A stretch of DNA of 59,771 bases from Cyanobacteria bacterium P01_D01_bin.156 (GCA_039024555.1 JBCCQQ010000037.1:1-59771); one strand, 5' to 3'; positions 43,579 to 51,756 are shown, counted from the stretch's first letter. Translations and numbers: made by a program. Notes: generated by a model from the letters alone, not told the origin.

Positions 43579-43684
43579 CACTATCTCTCCCAGGAGGAGA
43601 AAGAATATTCCGTTTTCTCTTAAAGAAGAGCAGTCTTCCTCTCTAGTTTACGTACTGTTTATCTCTGATAGATAACACCGAAAA

Positions 43685-43972
43685 CTATTTTTTCTGCGTA
43701 GACTGCTGCTGACTTTGAAAAGATTGTTCTTGCTGAGTGTACTGCTTTTCCTGGGTATTGTTTTGTTTGGTCTGCTTGGCGTTGCCATAGTTTCCAGATG
43801 ACTGGGTTTGGCTATAGTCTTTTTGTTTTTCCGATAGACTATAGTCTTGGCTTTTCTGGCTTTGGCTATAGTCTTGGGCGGCCAGAACCGACTGGGGCAC
43901 TACGATGACTGTGACCACTGTGAGCAGTATGATCGCAACCACACTCGATAATCGACGAACTAGTTTCTTCAT
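43685..43972 (-). CDS. Small secreted Gln/Ser-rich low-complexity protein
   Basis: Signal peptide (VLA-A) then (Q/K)DYS x3 and a Q-rich tail. Confidence 0.7.
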   Translation of the reverse strand: MKKLVRRLSSVVAIILLTVVTVIVVPQSVLAAQDYSQSQKSQDYSLSEKQKDYSQTQSSGNYGNAKQTKQNNTQEKQYTQQEQSFQSQQQSTQKK

Positions 43973-44038
43973 GAATCCTAATAAGTGTAAATAAACAAGA
44001 AATACCGCGATTCTATCCAGCTGTAGGTAGTGGGCCGC

Positions 44039-45100
44039 TCACTCAGCAGCAACATCCACATCTGCCCCCTCCGGACCCGACCCCACAGCTTCCACCGCAG
44101 GTTTCTTGTCCAGACTTTGCATCACCCTGGCAACAACAGAGGCAATTTGCTGCCGCTGATTCACCAGATAGACACTCACTAGCGTCAGCAGCACACCAAT
44201 CCACTGTAGAGGGGTCAGCAGTTCACCTAAGAAGAAACTGCTAAATAACAGCGCAAATACAGGGGTGAGAAAAATCAGTGCGCTAACGCTGGTCATATTG
44301 CCATTAGCTGCAAGATAAAAGAACATACCGTAGGTCAGAGCTGTACCAAAGATGGTGGCATAGGCCAAACCTACCCAATCTCCCACCAACAGATCGGCGG
44401 TGGGATTGGTTTCCCATAGGGCAGACATCACCATAAGAGGCAGTCCTCCTAAGATCATGTGCCAGCCTGTGGCCACAATCGGGTCAGCGTGGCGTTTCAC
44501 ATAGCCCACAATAATGGTACCTGCAGACATCGACAGGGCTGCCAGCAGCATTAGTAGCTCACCACTTTGCAACAGCGCATCCCAATCTAGCGCACCATCG
44601 TTAACCCCTTGAATCCAACTACCAACTGGAATGCCATGCTCCATAAAGCTATAGATCCAGGACTCTGGAAGACCGCACAGGCTAATGCCAACAATCCCGA
44701 TGGCAAGCCCCAGCCAGCCCCACAGGCCAATCAAGTTACCAAACAGGATGCGCGCCAGCAAGGCAACAACCAATGGTTGAGCATCAATTAAAACCGCACC
44801 TAATCCTGCTCCAGTATTCACCAGTCCCGTAGTTAGGAGACCCTGAAACATGGCTCCATCCACTAGAGCAAACAGACCAATCCAAAGCCAGGCTGTCCAG
44901 GTTTTAGGCTGGGGTAACTTGAGAGCAGCAGCCACAACCAGTGTCAGAATTCCAGCCGGCAACAACCGGAAAGATGCTAAAAAGAGCGGCGTAGTATGGG
45001 GAATGATATACTTCATCGCCACCATTGCCGTTCCTAAAAAGAAAAAGGGAGCGACTAGAAACAGTGGAGATTTGGCCAGATCGTTTTTTGATAGCTGCAT
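44039..45100 (-). CDS. DMT/EamA family transporter
   Basis: About 10 TM segments, PFF..GTAMVAMK, RLLPAG, QPL.V, LTPVFA; likely start MQLSK at 45100. Confidence 0.9.
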   Translation of the reverse strand: MQLSKNDLAKSPLFLVAPFFFLGTAMVAMKYIIPHTTPLFLASFRLLPAGILTLVVAAALKLPQPKTWTAWLWIGLFALVDGAMFQGLLTTGLVNTGAGLGAVLIDAQPLVVALLARILFGNLIGLWGWLGLAIGIVGISLCGLPESWIYSFMEHGIPVGSWIQGVNDGALDWDALLQSGELLMLLAALSMSAGTIIVGYVKRHADPIVATGWHMILGGLPLMVMSALWETNPTADLLVGDWVGLAYATIFGTALTYGMFFYLAANGNMTSVSALIFLTPVFALLFSSFFLGELLTPLQWIGVLLTLVSVYLVNQRQQIASVVARVMQSLDKKPAVEAVGSGPEGADVDVAAE

Positions 45101-45254
45101 AGACTTGAAGGGGTATAGTCCGTAAATACCACAGACCACGACCTTATTGATTTTAGAAGGAGAAAGCTGTCGGAGAACGACAAGCTTGTTACCGTATGCC
45201 ACATCTCTAGTTTGAAGAGATGCGGTATTTCCTCTAAAACCTTAGCATCTATTT

Positions 45255-45270
45255 TGTATACAAACAGCAT
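45255..45270 (-). promoter_or_regulatory. Putative GntR operator A
   Basis: ATGCT-GTT-TGTATACA on the minus strand upstream of the DMT gene. Confidence 0.6.
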
Positions 45271-45283
45271 TAAATCCCATGAT

Positions 45284-46321
45284 TTATTGACATAGCAATA
45301 CGCTTCGGGGTTGTTCACTCTCGTTCCGGTGCTTGAGTAACGCGGCTACTTTTTTACGAATTAGAATGCCGGGACGATCGGTAAACATGTGTTCTTCTCC
45401 ACTAGGGTGGAGGGGAACGTCATAGTCAGTGGATTCTAAAATACGTTTGTCTTCTAGGGTAACCGCCCGATCAAAGGCGATCACGTCCTGGGCTGGGGTG
45501 TCTGCTTCAGTATCATTGCGCACACAAAACTGAACCATTTGGGAGCTGCGATCGCTAATGGGGGTCATGGTGTTCACAACAATGTGCTCTAACCCATTGG
45601 GATAGGTAATTTTGAGCTTAATGGTAAAGGGCATAAACCAGTCCATATCCAACCTACGAACGGTCTCCGCCTCGGCCATGTTGAGATTGTGCTGCTGCAG
45701 CTCAGGGTTGACGACACCCAGCTTGCCGTAGACGTGAATCCCCCAGTCAGTTTCCGTAATCTCCAGTTGGTCGGGGGTAGAATGGTGTTCGCTGCCAAAG
45801 GTTTCGGCATGGACGAAGGTGGGATGGGCCAGATCCAACTCGTTTTCCATTACCCGCAGCCCCGCACATTGCCAGGGTTCATAAAATTCTTGGATCAGGC
45901 GATAGTTAGGGTCGCTGGCCTCACTGATCTCAGGAATATCCATTAACGGCTCCTCCAAACATACCCATACATAGCCATAGCGTTCGGCACAGCGATAGGC
46001 ATCGATTCGATAGCTGGATGGAATGGCACAGTCGGCCTGAAGCTGGGGCACTCGGGCACAGGCTCCGGAGGCTGCAAATTCCCAACCGTGGTAGGGACAA
46101 CAGATTCGGCCCTGGCTCACCTTACCCAGGGAAAGTTTGGCCGTACGATGACAGCAGCGATCGCGAAGCGCCGCCGGATGCCCCTGAGCGTCCAGCCACA
46201 GGACAAGGGATTCTCCCAATAGTTCAAAGGCCCTAGGTCCCTTAGTAAGCTGTTGACGCGGGATGACGGGATACCAAAAGCGCCGGAAAACAGGCTGCTG
46301 TATGACAAGCATAGTGAACAT
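45284..46321 (-). CDS. Rieske non-heme iron oxygenase alpha subunit (VanA/HpxD/Ndm-like)
   Basis: Rieske ligands CCHR...CPYHGW; mononuclear Fe motif ENELDLAHPTFVH...ED. Confidence 0.9.
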   Translation of the reverse strand: MFTMLVIQQPVFRRFWYPVIPRQQLTKGPRAFELLGESLVLWLDAQGHPAALRDRCCHRTAKLSLGKVSQGRICCPYHGWEFAASGACARVPQLQADCAIPSSYRIDAYRCAERYGYVWVCLEEPLMDIPEISEASDPNYRLIQEFYEPWQCAGLRVMENELDLAHPTFVHAETFGSEHHSTPDQLEITETDWGIHVYGKLGVVNPELQQHNLNMAEAETVRRLDMDWFMPFTIKLKITYPNGLEHIVVNTMTPISDRSSQMVQFCVRNDTEADTPAQDVIAFDRAVTLEDKRILESTDYDVPLHPSGEEHMFTDRPGILIRKKVAALLKHRNESEQPRSVLLCQ

Positions 46322-46324
46322 GCA

Positions 46325-46368
46325 AAAACACTAGATGCTAATTGTATGCAATTAGCATCTAGTGTTTT
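46325..46368. promoter_or_regulatory. 44-bp near-perfect palindrome containing symmetric operator B
   Basis: AAAACACTAGATGCTAATTGTATGCAATTAGCATCTAGTGTTTT directly upstream of the Rieske start codon. Confidence 0.7.
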
Positions 46369-46438
46369 GTAGTCGTTAGTACCGCGAATTCACCTCGCTT
46401 GCAGCCCTGTTTTTGAGGGAGATGAGATTGTGGCTGAA

Positions 46439-47869
46439 TCAACCAAATCGCAGGGTGGTAAACACAAATCTGACGATAAAGACAGCGGCCAGAATCCAGG
46501 TAATCACCGACACCTCACGGGCGCGACCACTCACAGCTTTGGTAAAGGGATACAGAATTAACCCGGCGGATAGTCCTGCCGCAATGGAGAACCCCAGGGG
46601 AATAAAAAAGATAGTGACAAAGGCCGGAATTGCTTCGGTCAGGTCTCCCCAGCGAATGCTAGACACGCTGGACATCATCAACACTCCTACAATCAACAGA
46701 GCAGGAGCGGTTGCGAATGCAGGAATCGCCTCAAAGATGGGCACAAACAACAGGGCAAGCAGAAACATGATGGCAGCGACAACAGCGGTTAGACCAGTGC
46801 GTCCACCCTCCGCTACGCCCGAGGCCGACTCAGCAAAGGTAGTCACCGTTGATGTTCCCATGATGGCCCCAGCTGTCGTCGCGATCGCATCCGCTGACAG
46901 CGCCTGGTTAGCCCGAGGCAGTTCCCCCTTATCGTCAATGTAGCCTGCCTGGGTACCCACCCCCATGAGCGTACCAATGGTGTCAAACATGTCCACAAAC
47001 AAAAACACCAGCAGCACCGCAATAAAGTCAATAATATTGCTGCCATTGATGCCGCTCAGACCGACAAACGCCTGGCCAAAAAGATTTGAAGGAAATGCAG
47101 GTACCTGCACAATGCCGCTGGGGGGATTGGCCACACCAAACACCCAGCCTAGGATTGAAGTACCGGCAATGCCCCACAGCAGGGCACCCTTTATGCGCCG
47201 CAACATGAACAGGGCGGAGATAAAAATACCAAAGGTGGCCAACAGTGTGGCCGGTTCACGAAAGCTACCAAAGGCAGTCTTAGTAACTTCATTGGCAACA
47301 ATCAGCCCGGCACCGCCAATTTCTGTATTGCCACTCACGCCAATGTAGGCCAGAAACATGCCGATACCTACGGTGGTAGAAGCCTTGATACAGGCAGGAA
47401 CAGCCGCAATCAGGTGACGGCGAATATCGGTAATGGTGAGGGCGATAAAGATAAATCCCTCAATCAGTACACAGGCCAAAGCCACCCGCCAGTCAATGCC
47501 CAAGCCTAAAACAACAGAATAGGCAAAAAAGGCATTAGTCCCCATGCCAGGGGCCAGTACAAAGGGATATTTCCCATACAGACCCATGACCAGGGTGCCA
47601 ATGGCGGCGGTGATACCGGTAACGACCACCAGTTCTCTGAATAAGTCTCCTGACTCATTGAGAAACACCGCATCCGACATAATAATCGGGTGCACCACCA
47701 GGATGTAGGCCATGGTCATAAAGGTGGTTAACCCGGCCAGAATTTCAGTGCGAAAGTTGGTTCTGTAGTGGTCAAAATCAAAGTACTGCGCGATCGCAGC
47801 TTGCCATCCATCGTAGGACGGCGGCGGTGGCCCTGGTGGTTTTTGCAGACCAATATCACTCTGACTCAT
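46439..47869 (-). CDS. NCS2 family (AzgA/PbuG-like) purine permease
   Basis: EILAGLTTFMTMAYI, APGMG.NAFF, DMFDTIGTL, ESASGVAEGGRTGL, ATAPAL. Confidence 0.93.
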   Translation of the reverse strand: MSQSDIGLQKPPGPPPPSYDGWQAAIAQYFDFDHYRTNFRTEILAGLTTFMTMAYILVVHPIIMSDAVFLNESGDLFRELVVVTGITAAIGTLVMGLYGKYPFVLAPGMGTNAFFAYSVVLGLGIDWRVALACVLIEGFIFIALTITDIRRHLIAAVPACIKASTTVGIGMFLAYIGVSGNTEIGGAGLIVANEVTKTAFGSFREPATLLATFGIFISALFMLRRIKGALLWGIAGTSILGWVFGVANPPSGIVQVPAFPSNLFGQAFVGLSGINGSNIIDFIAVLLVFLFVDMFDTIGTLMGVGTQAGYIDDKGELPRANQALSADAIATTAGAIMGTSTVTTFAESASGVAEGGRTGLTAVVAAIMFLLALLFVPIFEAIPAFATAPALLIVGVLMMSSVSSIRWGDLTEAIPAFVTIFFIPLGFSIAAGLSAGLILYPFTKAVSGRAREVSVITWILAAVFIVRFVFTTLRFG

Positions 47870-47915
47870 GGGAGATTCTCCGGAAAACGATACCGATAGT
47901 TAGCAAAAAGATTTA

Positions 47916-47965
47916 ATGCTAACTGTATACAAACCAAGATGCGACAAACTGTACAAAATGCTACA
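47916..47965 (-). promoter_or_regulatory. NtcA-activated promoter overlapped by putative operator C
   Basis: Minus strand TGTAGCATTTTGTACA (47965-47950), 23-nt spacer, -10 TACAGT (47927-47922); ATGCT-AAC-TGTATACA at 47916-47931. Confidence 0.75.
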
Positions 47966-48015
47966 GTCTTTACCTGGTCACTATTATGGTCATCGTTTTA
48001 CCAGCCATTTTTAGA

Positions 48016-48051
48016 GGAAGGGTTCTAAATCCGTAGGTTTAGAACCCTTCC
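48016..48051. terminator. Strong hairpin after the 76-aa ORF, probable terminator
   Basis: GGAAGGGTTCTAAAT...GTTTAGAACCCTTCC. Confidence 0.5.
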
Positions 48052-48078
48052 CAATCAGAGATATTTTTTGTGTACACA

Positions 48079-48309
48079 CTACTGAGACTGGTGATAAACA
48101 TGCTCCAGCCAATCGCGCTGTTCTTCATCTACGGACAGATAAGGATAGAATTTGGCTTTACTTTGATAGACATAAGTAGACTCATGGATCGCTGAAGGAG
48201 GTAAACTTTGGGCCGGATGGACCATAAATTTGGCGATGGACCGAAGCGACTGCCATAAGCCATGGAATCGGCTAACGTCAGGTTGTCTGAAGCTAAATTG
48301 ATATTTCAT
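48079..48309 (-). CDS. Small hypothetical protein
   Basis: 76-aa ATG ORF occupying intergenic space; no family recognised. Confidence 0.45.
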   Translation of the reverse strand: MKYQFSFRQPDVSRFHGLWQSLRSIAKFMVHPAQSLPPSAIHESTYVYQSKAKFYPYLSVDEEQRDWLEHVYHQSQ

Positions 48310-48498
48310 GCTCTATCCAACAAAAAGTAAAACAGTATTTTTTGATACCATTTTAAGTGATTATTTTGACTTTAGGTAAAACCAGGACTTCTCTCAAAAC
48401 AAGTTGACGGGCGGAATGTCAGGAGACTATTACCAAATAGGGACAGGTGCCGATCAATCTGTTGTTGAGCTGATCAATGCATAGTATTGTTTCAGTTG

Positions 48499-48514
48499 TG
48501 TATACCGTTAGCAT
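48499..48514 (-). promoter_or_regulatory. Putative GntR operator D
   Basis: ATGCT-AAC-GGTATACA on the minus strand, upstream of the 48647-51344 gene set; overlaps a plus-strand TAN3T (TACCGT, 48503). Confidence 0.55.
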
Positions 48515-48646
48515 CTTAAGATTTTACTGTGATTATAGTGAGTTTCTGCTCTAGTTTGTCTGGCTCTATGGCTTGTCGCAAAGAGCCCCTAGCTCACATT
48601 CAGACCCGTAGCGTTTCCGTATAAGGAGACCCCAGGTTTCGTTCAG

Positions 48647-49123
48647 ATGCATCTTAATCCTATGACAGTTAATCAACAACTATTCAAGGGTATGCTCAGA
48701 GCCGCAATACCTTTGATTATTTTACTCACGGTCTTAGTATCACTGCCCGATGTCGCTTGGGCAGCCAGTAATCAGGCGCTGCAACAACCGGCCACATTAA
48801 TAGCCCCCAAGCCCAGCTATAAGATTGCCATCTATCCCCAACCTGATCAGCGCAAGCGCCGTATTGCTTATGGCATGGGGGGTGATACGGTAAAAGTCTT
48901 AGAACAGGTGGGCAGTAATCAAGGCATTACCTGGAATCATATTCGCTTTGACAATCCTCCCTATACCGATGGTTGGGTACAAGAGAAATTTTTGCTGTTG
49001 TCGCAACAAGATTCTGAACTAAAGCAACAAAACCTCAATCAAACCGATGGCCAATATCGTGGTAATCAGAATACGAACTCTCAAGATCGCTCTCAATCCC
49101 ATGCGTCCCAAAATAGAAACTAA
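48647..49123 (+). CDS. Secreted SH3b-like protein with Q/N-rich tail
   Basis: Signal peptide (AWA-A); IY.QP......YG..GD.V.VLE......W..I.F......GWV. Confidence 0.7.
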   Translation: MHLNPMTVNQQLFKGMLRAAIPLIILLTVLVSLPDVAWAASNQALQQPATLIAPKPSYKIAIYPQPDQRKRRIAYGMGGDTVKVLEQVGSNQGITWNHIRFDNPPYTDGWVQEKFLLLSQQDSELKQQNLNQTDGQYRGNQNTNSQDRSQSHASQNRN

Positions 49124-49152
49124 GGTTAGACCATTATCCCCATGCTGCCCCT

Positions 49153-49830
49153 ATGGCTGATGCTGACATCAATTCGCTGGCATTTGCCAGTCTTGTCGTA
49201 GAACATGCGGTTCCTAGTGGTAAGGGATTAGCCTTCCGCTGGTGGCATTCTAAATTGACACGCAGGGCCAGACGGTACAAGGGTTACATCCGTACCGATT
49301 TATATTCCCCTGTGAAGGGAACGCAGCCAGATCAGCCCCTCAAATGGTATTCCATTGTCCATTTTGAGTCTCCAGAACTATTAAAGAAATGGCTCAAGTC
49401 ACGGGATCGAGAACGATTGATTGAGGACGGACGTAAAGTCTTTACGTCTTACCAGTTCATGTCCTTTGCGACCGGTCTGGAGGGTTGGTTCTCTCATACA
49501 ACCGGTACGGAACAACTAGGATTTGGTCCGCCTGCCTGGAAACAGAATGCAGCAGTGGTGTTGGGTCTGTACCCTACGGTGATGATTCAATCAGCCCTGT
49601 TTGCCACCCTAGGAATCATGCAGTCTTGGTCTTTTCCAAGCGCCATGATTGTCAACAACATTATCACCTCTTCTCTACTGACCTGGGTGATTATGCCGTT
49701 GATTACTCGGCTGCTGAGCTTTTGGCTCAAGCCTGCCCCCCAGCCCACATCGTGGCAAACCGAAGCCCAGGGAATTGGCATGATTGTTGGTGTCCTGGGT
49801 CTGATGGTCCTTCTGTTTAACTGGTTTTAG
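49153..49830 (+). CDS. ABM-like (dimeric alpha+beta barrel) domain plus C-terminal TM helices
   Basis: F..W.......A..Y.GY, HF.S.E.L..WL.S..R, TGLEGWF, PP.WKQ...V.LGLYP. Confidence 0.7.
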   Translation: MADADINSLAFASLVVEHAVPSGKGLAFRWWHSKLTRRARRYKGYIRTDLYSPVKGTQPDQPLKWYSIVHFESPELLKKWLKSRDRERLIEDGRKVFTSYQFMSFATGLEGWFSHTTGTEQLGFGPPAWKQNAAVVLGLYPTVMIQSALFATLGIMQSWSFPSAMIVNNIITSSLLTWVIMPLITRLLSFWLKPAPQPTSWQTEAQGIGMIVGVLGLMVLLFNWF

Positions 49831-49835
49831 CTGGC

Positions 49836-51344
49836 ATGAGTCGCCCCACAGTATCTAATCGAATGATGCGTCTAGTAATTTGCCTGTGGAGTCTGATCTG
49901 CGGACTCATGCTGGGTTGGGTTGGTCTGGGGAATGACGTTGCCATTGCCGCGACTGCTCCCCATTTAAAGCAAATTCAGGTAACAACGACCGCCGATGCG
50001 GGTGAGGGGTCTCTACGCTGGGCAATTGCTCAGGCAAACATGGCTCCAGATGACGATTTGATTGATTTGAGTCAGGTGCAAGGGGAGATTGTTCTTCATA
50101 GCCCTCTGCCTACGATTACCAGTAATTTAATGCTGATGGGCAATGGTGATGACATCATTAGCGGTGACAGTCGCTATCGCGTACTCCAGATTAAGGGTGG
50201 GAATGTCACGCTTCGAGAGATTACCCTGGCTAACGGGATGGCAAAAGGGAAGGATGGCCTTGACGGTGGTGGCGGGAGTGCTGGCATGGGGGGAGGTCTC
50301 TTGGTCCACAGTGGCACTGTGCAATTGATTCGGACTCGGTTCGTTGATAACCAAGCAATTGGTGGTAGCGGCAGCCAACGGCAATCGCCAGCCCCCTACC
50401 CTCAACCACCGTTACAAATTCAAAGTCAGAACAGTCGCCTGAGGGTTAATCGAGGTGCAATTGTTGGAATTGATGGCATTAGTGTTTTGTCCACAGATTC
50501 TCTGAGCGGGGCTGAGATTAGTCGTACCAAAGAATATCTCAAGGCCAATCGTGGTGCGATCGCAGGTGTCAGCGGTATCGGTATCAATGGGATTGGCACG
50601 ATCGCCTTTGGTGGCGGCGGTGGGTTTGGCGGCTTTGGCAATGCGGGCAATGGCGGCAATGGCGGCAATGGCGGTACCGACGGCGGCAGTGGCGGCAATG
50701 GCGGCGACGGTGGCAATGGCGGCGTCGGTATTTTTGGCCAGTGGGAAGAGCAGGGCGGTATCGGCTCGATTACCTTTGGCGGTGGCGGTGGGTTTGGTGG
50801 GTTTGGCAATGCGGGTAACGGCGGCAATGGCGGCAATGCAACGGTTGCGATTGCCAACGGCGGCAACGGTGGCAACGGTGGCAACGGCGGCAACGGCGGC
50901 TTTGGCGGCGGCGGCGGTGCAGGCGGTTTTGGCGGTGTCGGGGGCTCCGACGAAAACTCTGGTGATCCGGGCCTTCCCGGTAAGGGCGGTTTTGGCGGTG
51001 GTGACGGTAATATTGGCTATAGCGGTGGTGGTGGCGGTTTTGGCGGTGCCATTTTTATCCGCTCAGGCAGTTTGATGCTGTACCAAGTTAGCTTTGAACG
51101 AAATGTTGCCATCTCAGGAACAGGGGCTTCTCCTGGACAGGGTAAAGGCGGAGCGATCTTTATTGCCCCAAACCTTTCACCCGAACTAACTCCAGAGACA
51201 GCATCAAAGCTTAGTGACCCTATGGTTTTAGTACTTTGCAATCCGCCTAAGTTTATTGATAATGTGGCATCTGATTCAACTGGATTGCCGACTGATAACA
51301 ATGATGTCTTTGGTCTGCTCTACGCAAAAAATGAGAGAGGATAA
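49836..51344 (+). CDS. Secreted glycine-rich protein (GGN repeats, PGRS-like)
   Basis: Signal peptide, VTTTAD.G.GSLR.AI..AN cap, beta-helix-like flanks, duplicated FGGGGGFGGFGNAGNGGNGGN. Confidence 0.8.
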   Translation: MSRPTVSNRMMRLVICLWSLICGLMLGWVGLGNDVAIAATAPHLKQIQVTTTADAGEGSLRWAIAQANMAPDDDLIDLSQVQGEIVLHSPLPTITSNLMLMGNGDDIISGDSRYRVLQIKGGNVTLREITLANGMAKGKDGLDGGGGSAGMGGGLLVHSGTVQLIRTRFVDNQAIGGSGSQRQSPAPYPQPPLQIQSQNSRLRVNRGAIVGIDGISVLSTDSLSGAEISRTKEYLKANRGAIAGVSGIGINGIGTIAFGGGGGFGGFGNAGNGGNGGNGGTDGGSGGNGGDGGNGGVGIFGQWEEQGGIGSITFGGGGGFGGFGNAGNGGNGGNATVAIANGGNGGNGGNGGNGGFGGGGGAGGFGGVGGSDENSGDPGLPGKGGFGGGDGNIGYSGGGGGFGGAIFIRSGSLMLYQVSFERNVAISGTGASPGQGKGGAIFIAPNLSPELTPETASKLSDPMVLVLCNPPKFIDNVASDSTGLPTDNNDVFGLLYAKNERG

Positions 51345-51354
51345 ATTAGTTACG

Positions 51355-51445
51355 GGCATTGCTGCTCCTCGGGATGGTTATATCTGTCATATCCAGGCAA
51401 CTGGTCAGTTCTGCAGATCGTTTCATCCCTTCAATCAGCAACGGC
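51355..51445 (+). repeat. Nested-palindrome dispersed element, copy 3
   Basis: GGCATTGCTGCTCCTCGGGATG...ATCTG...CAGAT...CATCCC...ATCAGCAACGGC, same orientation as copy 2. Confidence 0.8.
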
Positions 51446-51756
51446 TAATTACGGATAACAGCTTTCTGGAGCCTATCTTGGCAGCATCTTCTTAGAGCGC
51501 ATTGACAAGCATGCGGCGCAGTTCAACCGTCAAAAGCAGTTCAGTAGTTCACGTTCGTTTCCCACGAAGATTTTGTGCTCATTGCCCTGTTCGGACTGGC
51601 TGTACTCGGTCAAAAACAGCTCCTGGACAAAGCCTCAATTTTCTAGCTCAACAAGCATATATCCCCCTGTAAGCGGCTAGAGAGTATCAGAAAACAGAGG
51701 ACTTTCAAGTGAACTAATAAGGCTTAGTTCACCCCAGTGTGTTTCTCCTGTAAGAC

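Noticed and set aside
50426..51075. Pro-rich (-) and Ala-rich (+) overlapping ORFs
   Set aside because: These are shadow frames of the GGN-repeat coding sequence, which is naturally poor in stop codons.
40297..51445. Palindromic elements as integron attC sites
   Set aside because: The ends read GTT...AAC, the reverse of attC (RYYYAAC...GTTRRRY), there is no integrase, and the elements do not follow each gene.
51495..51750. Possible IS remnant between the Gly-rich gene and the GNAT gene
   Set aside because: No convincing transposase motif or terminal repeat could be read.
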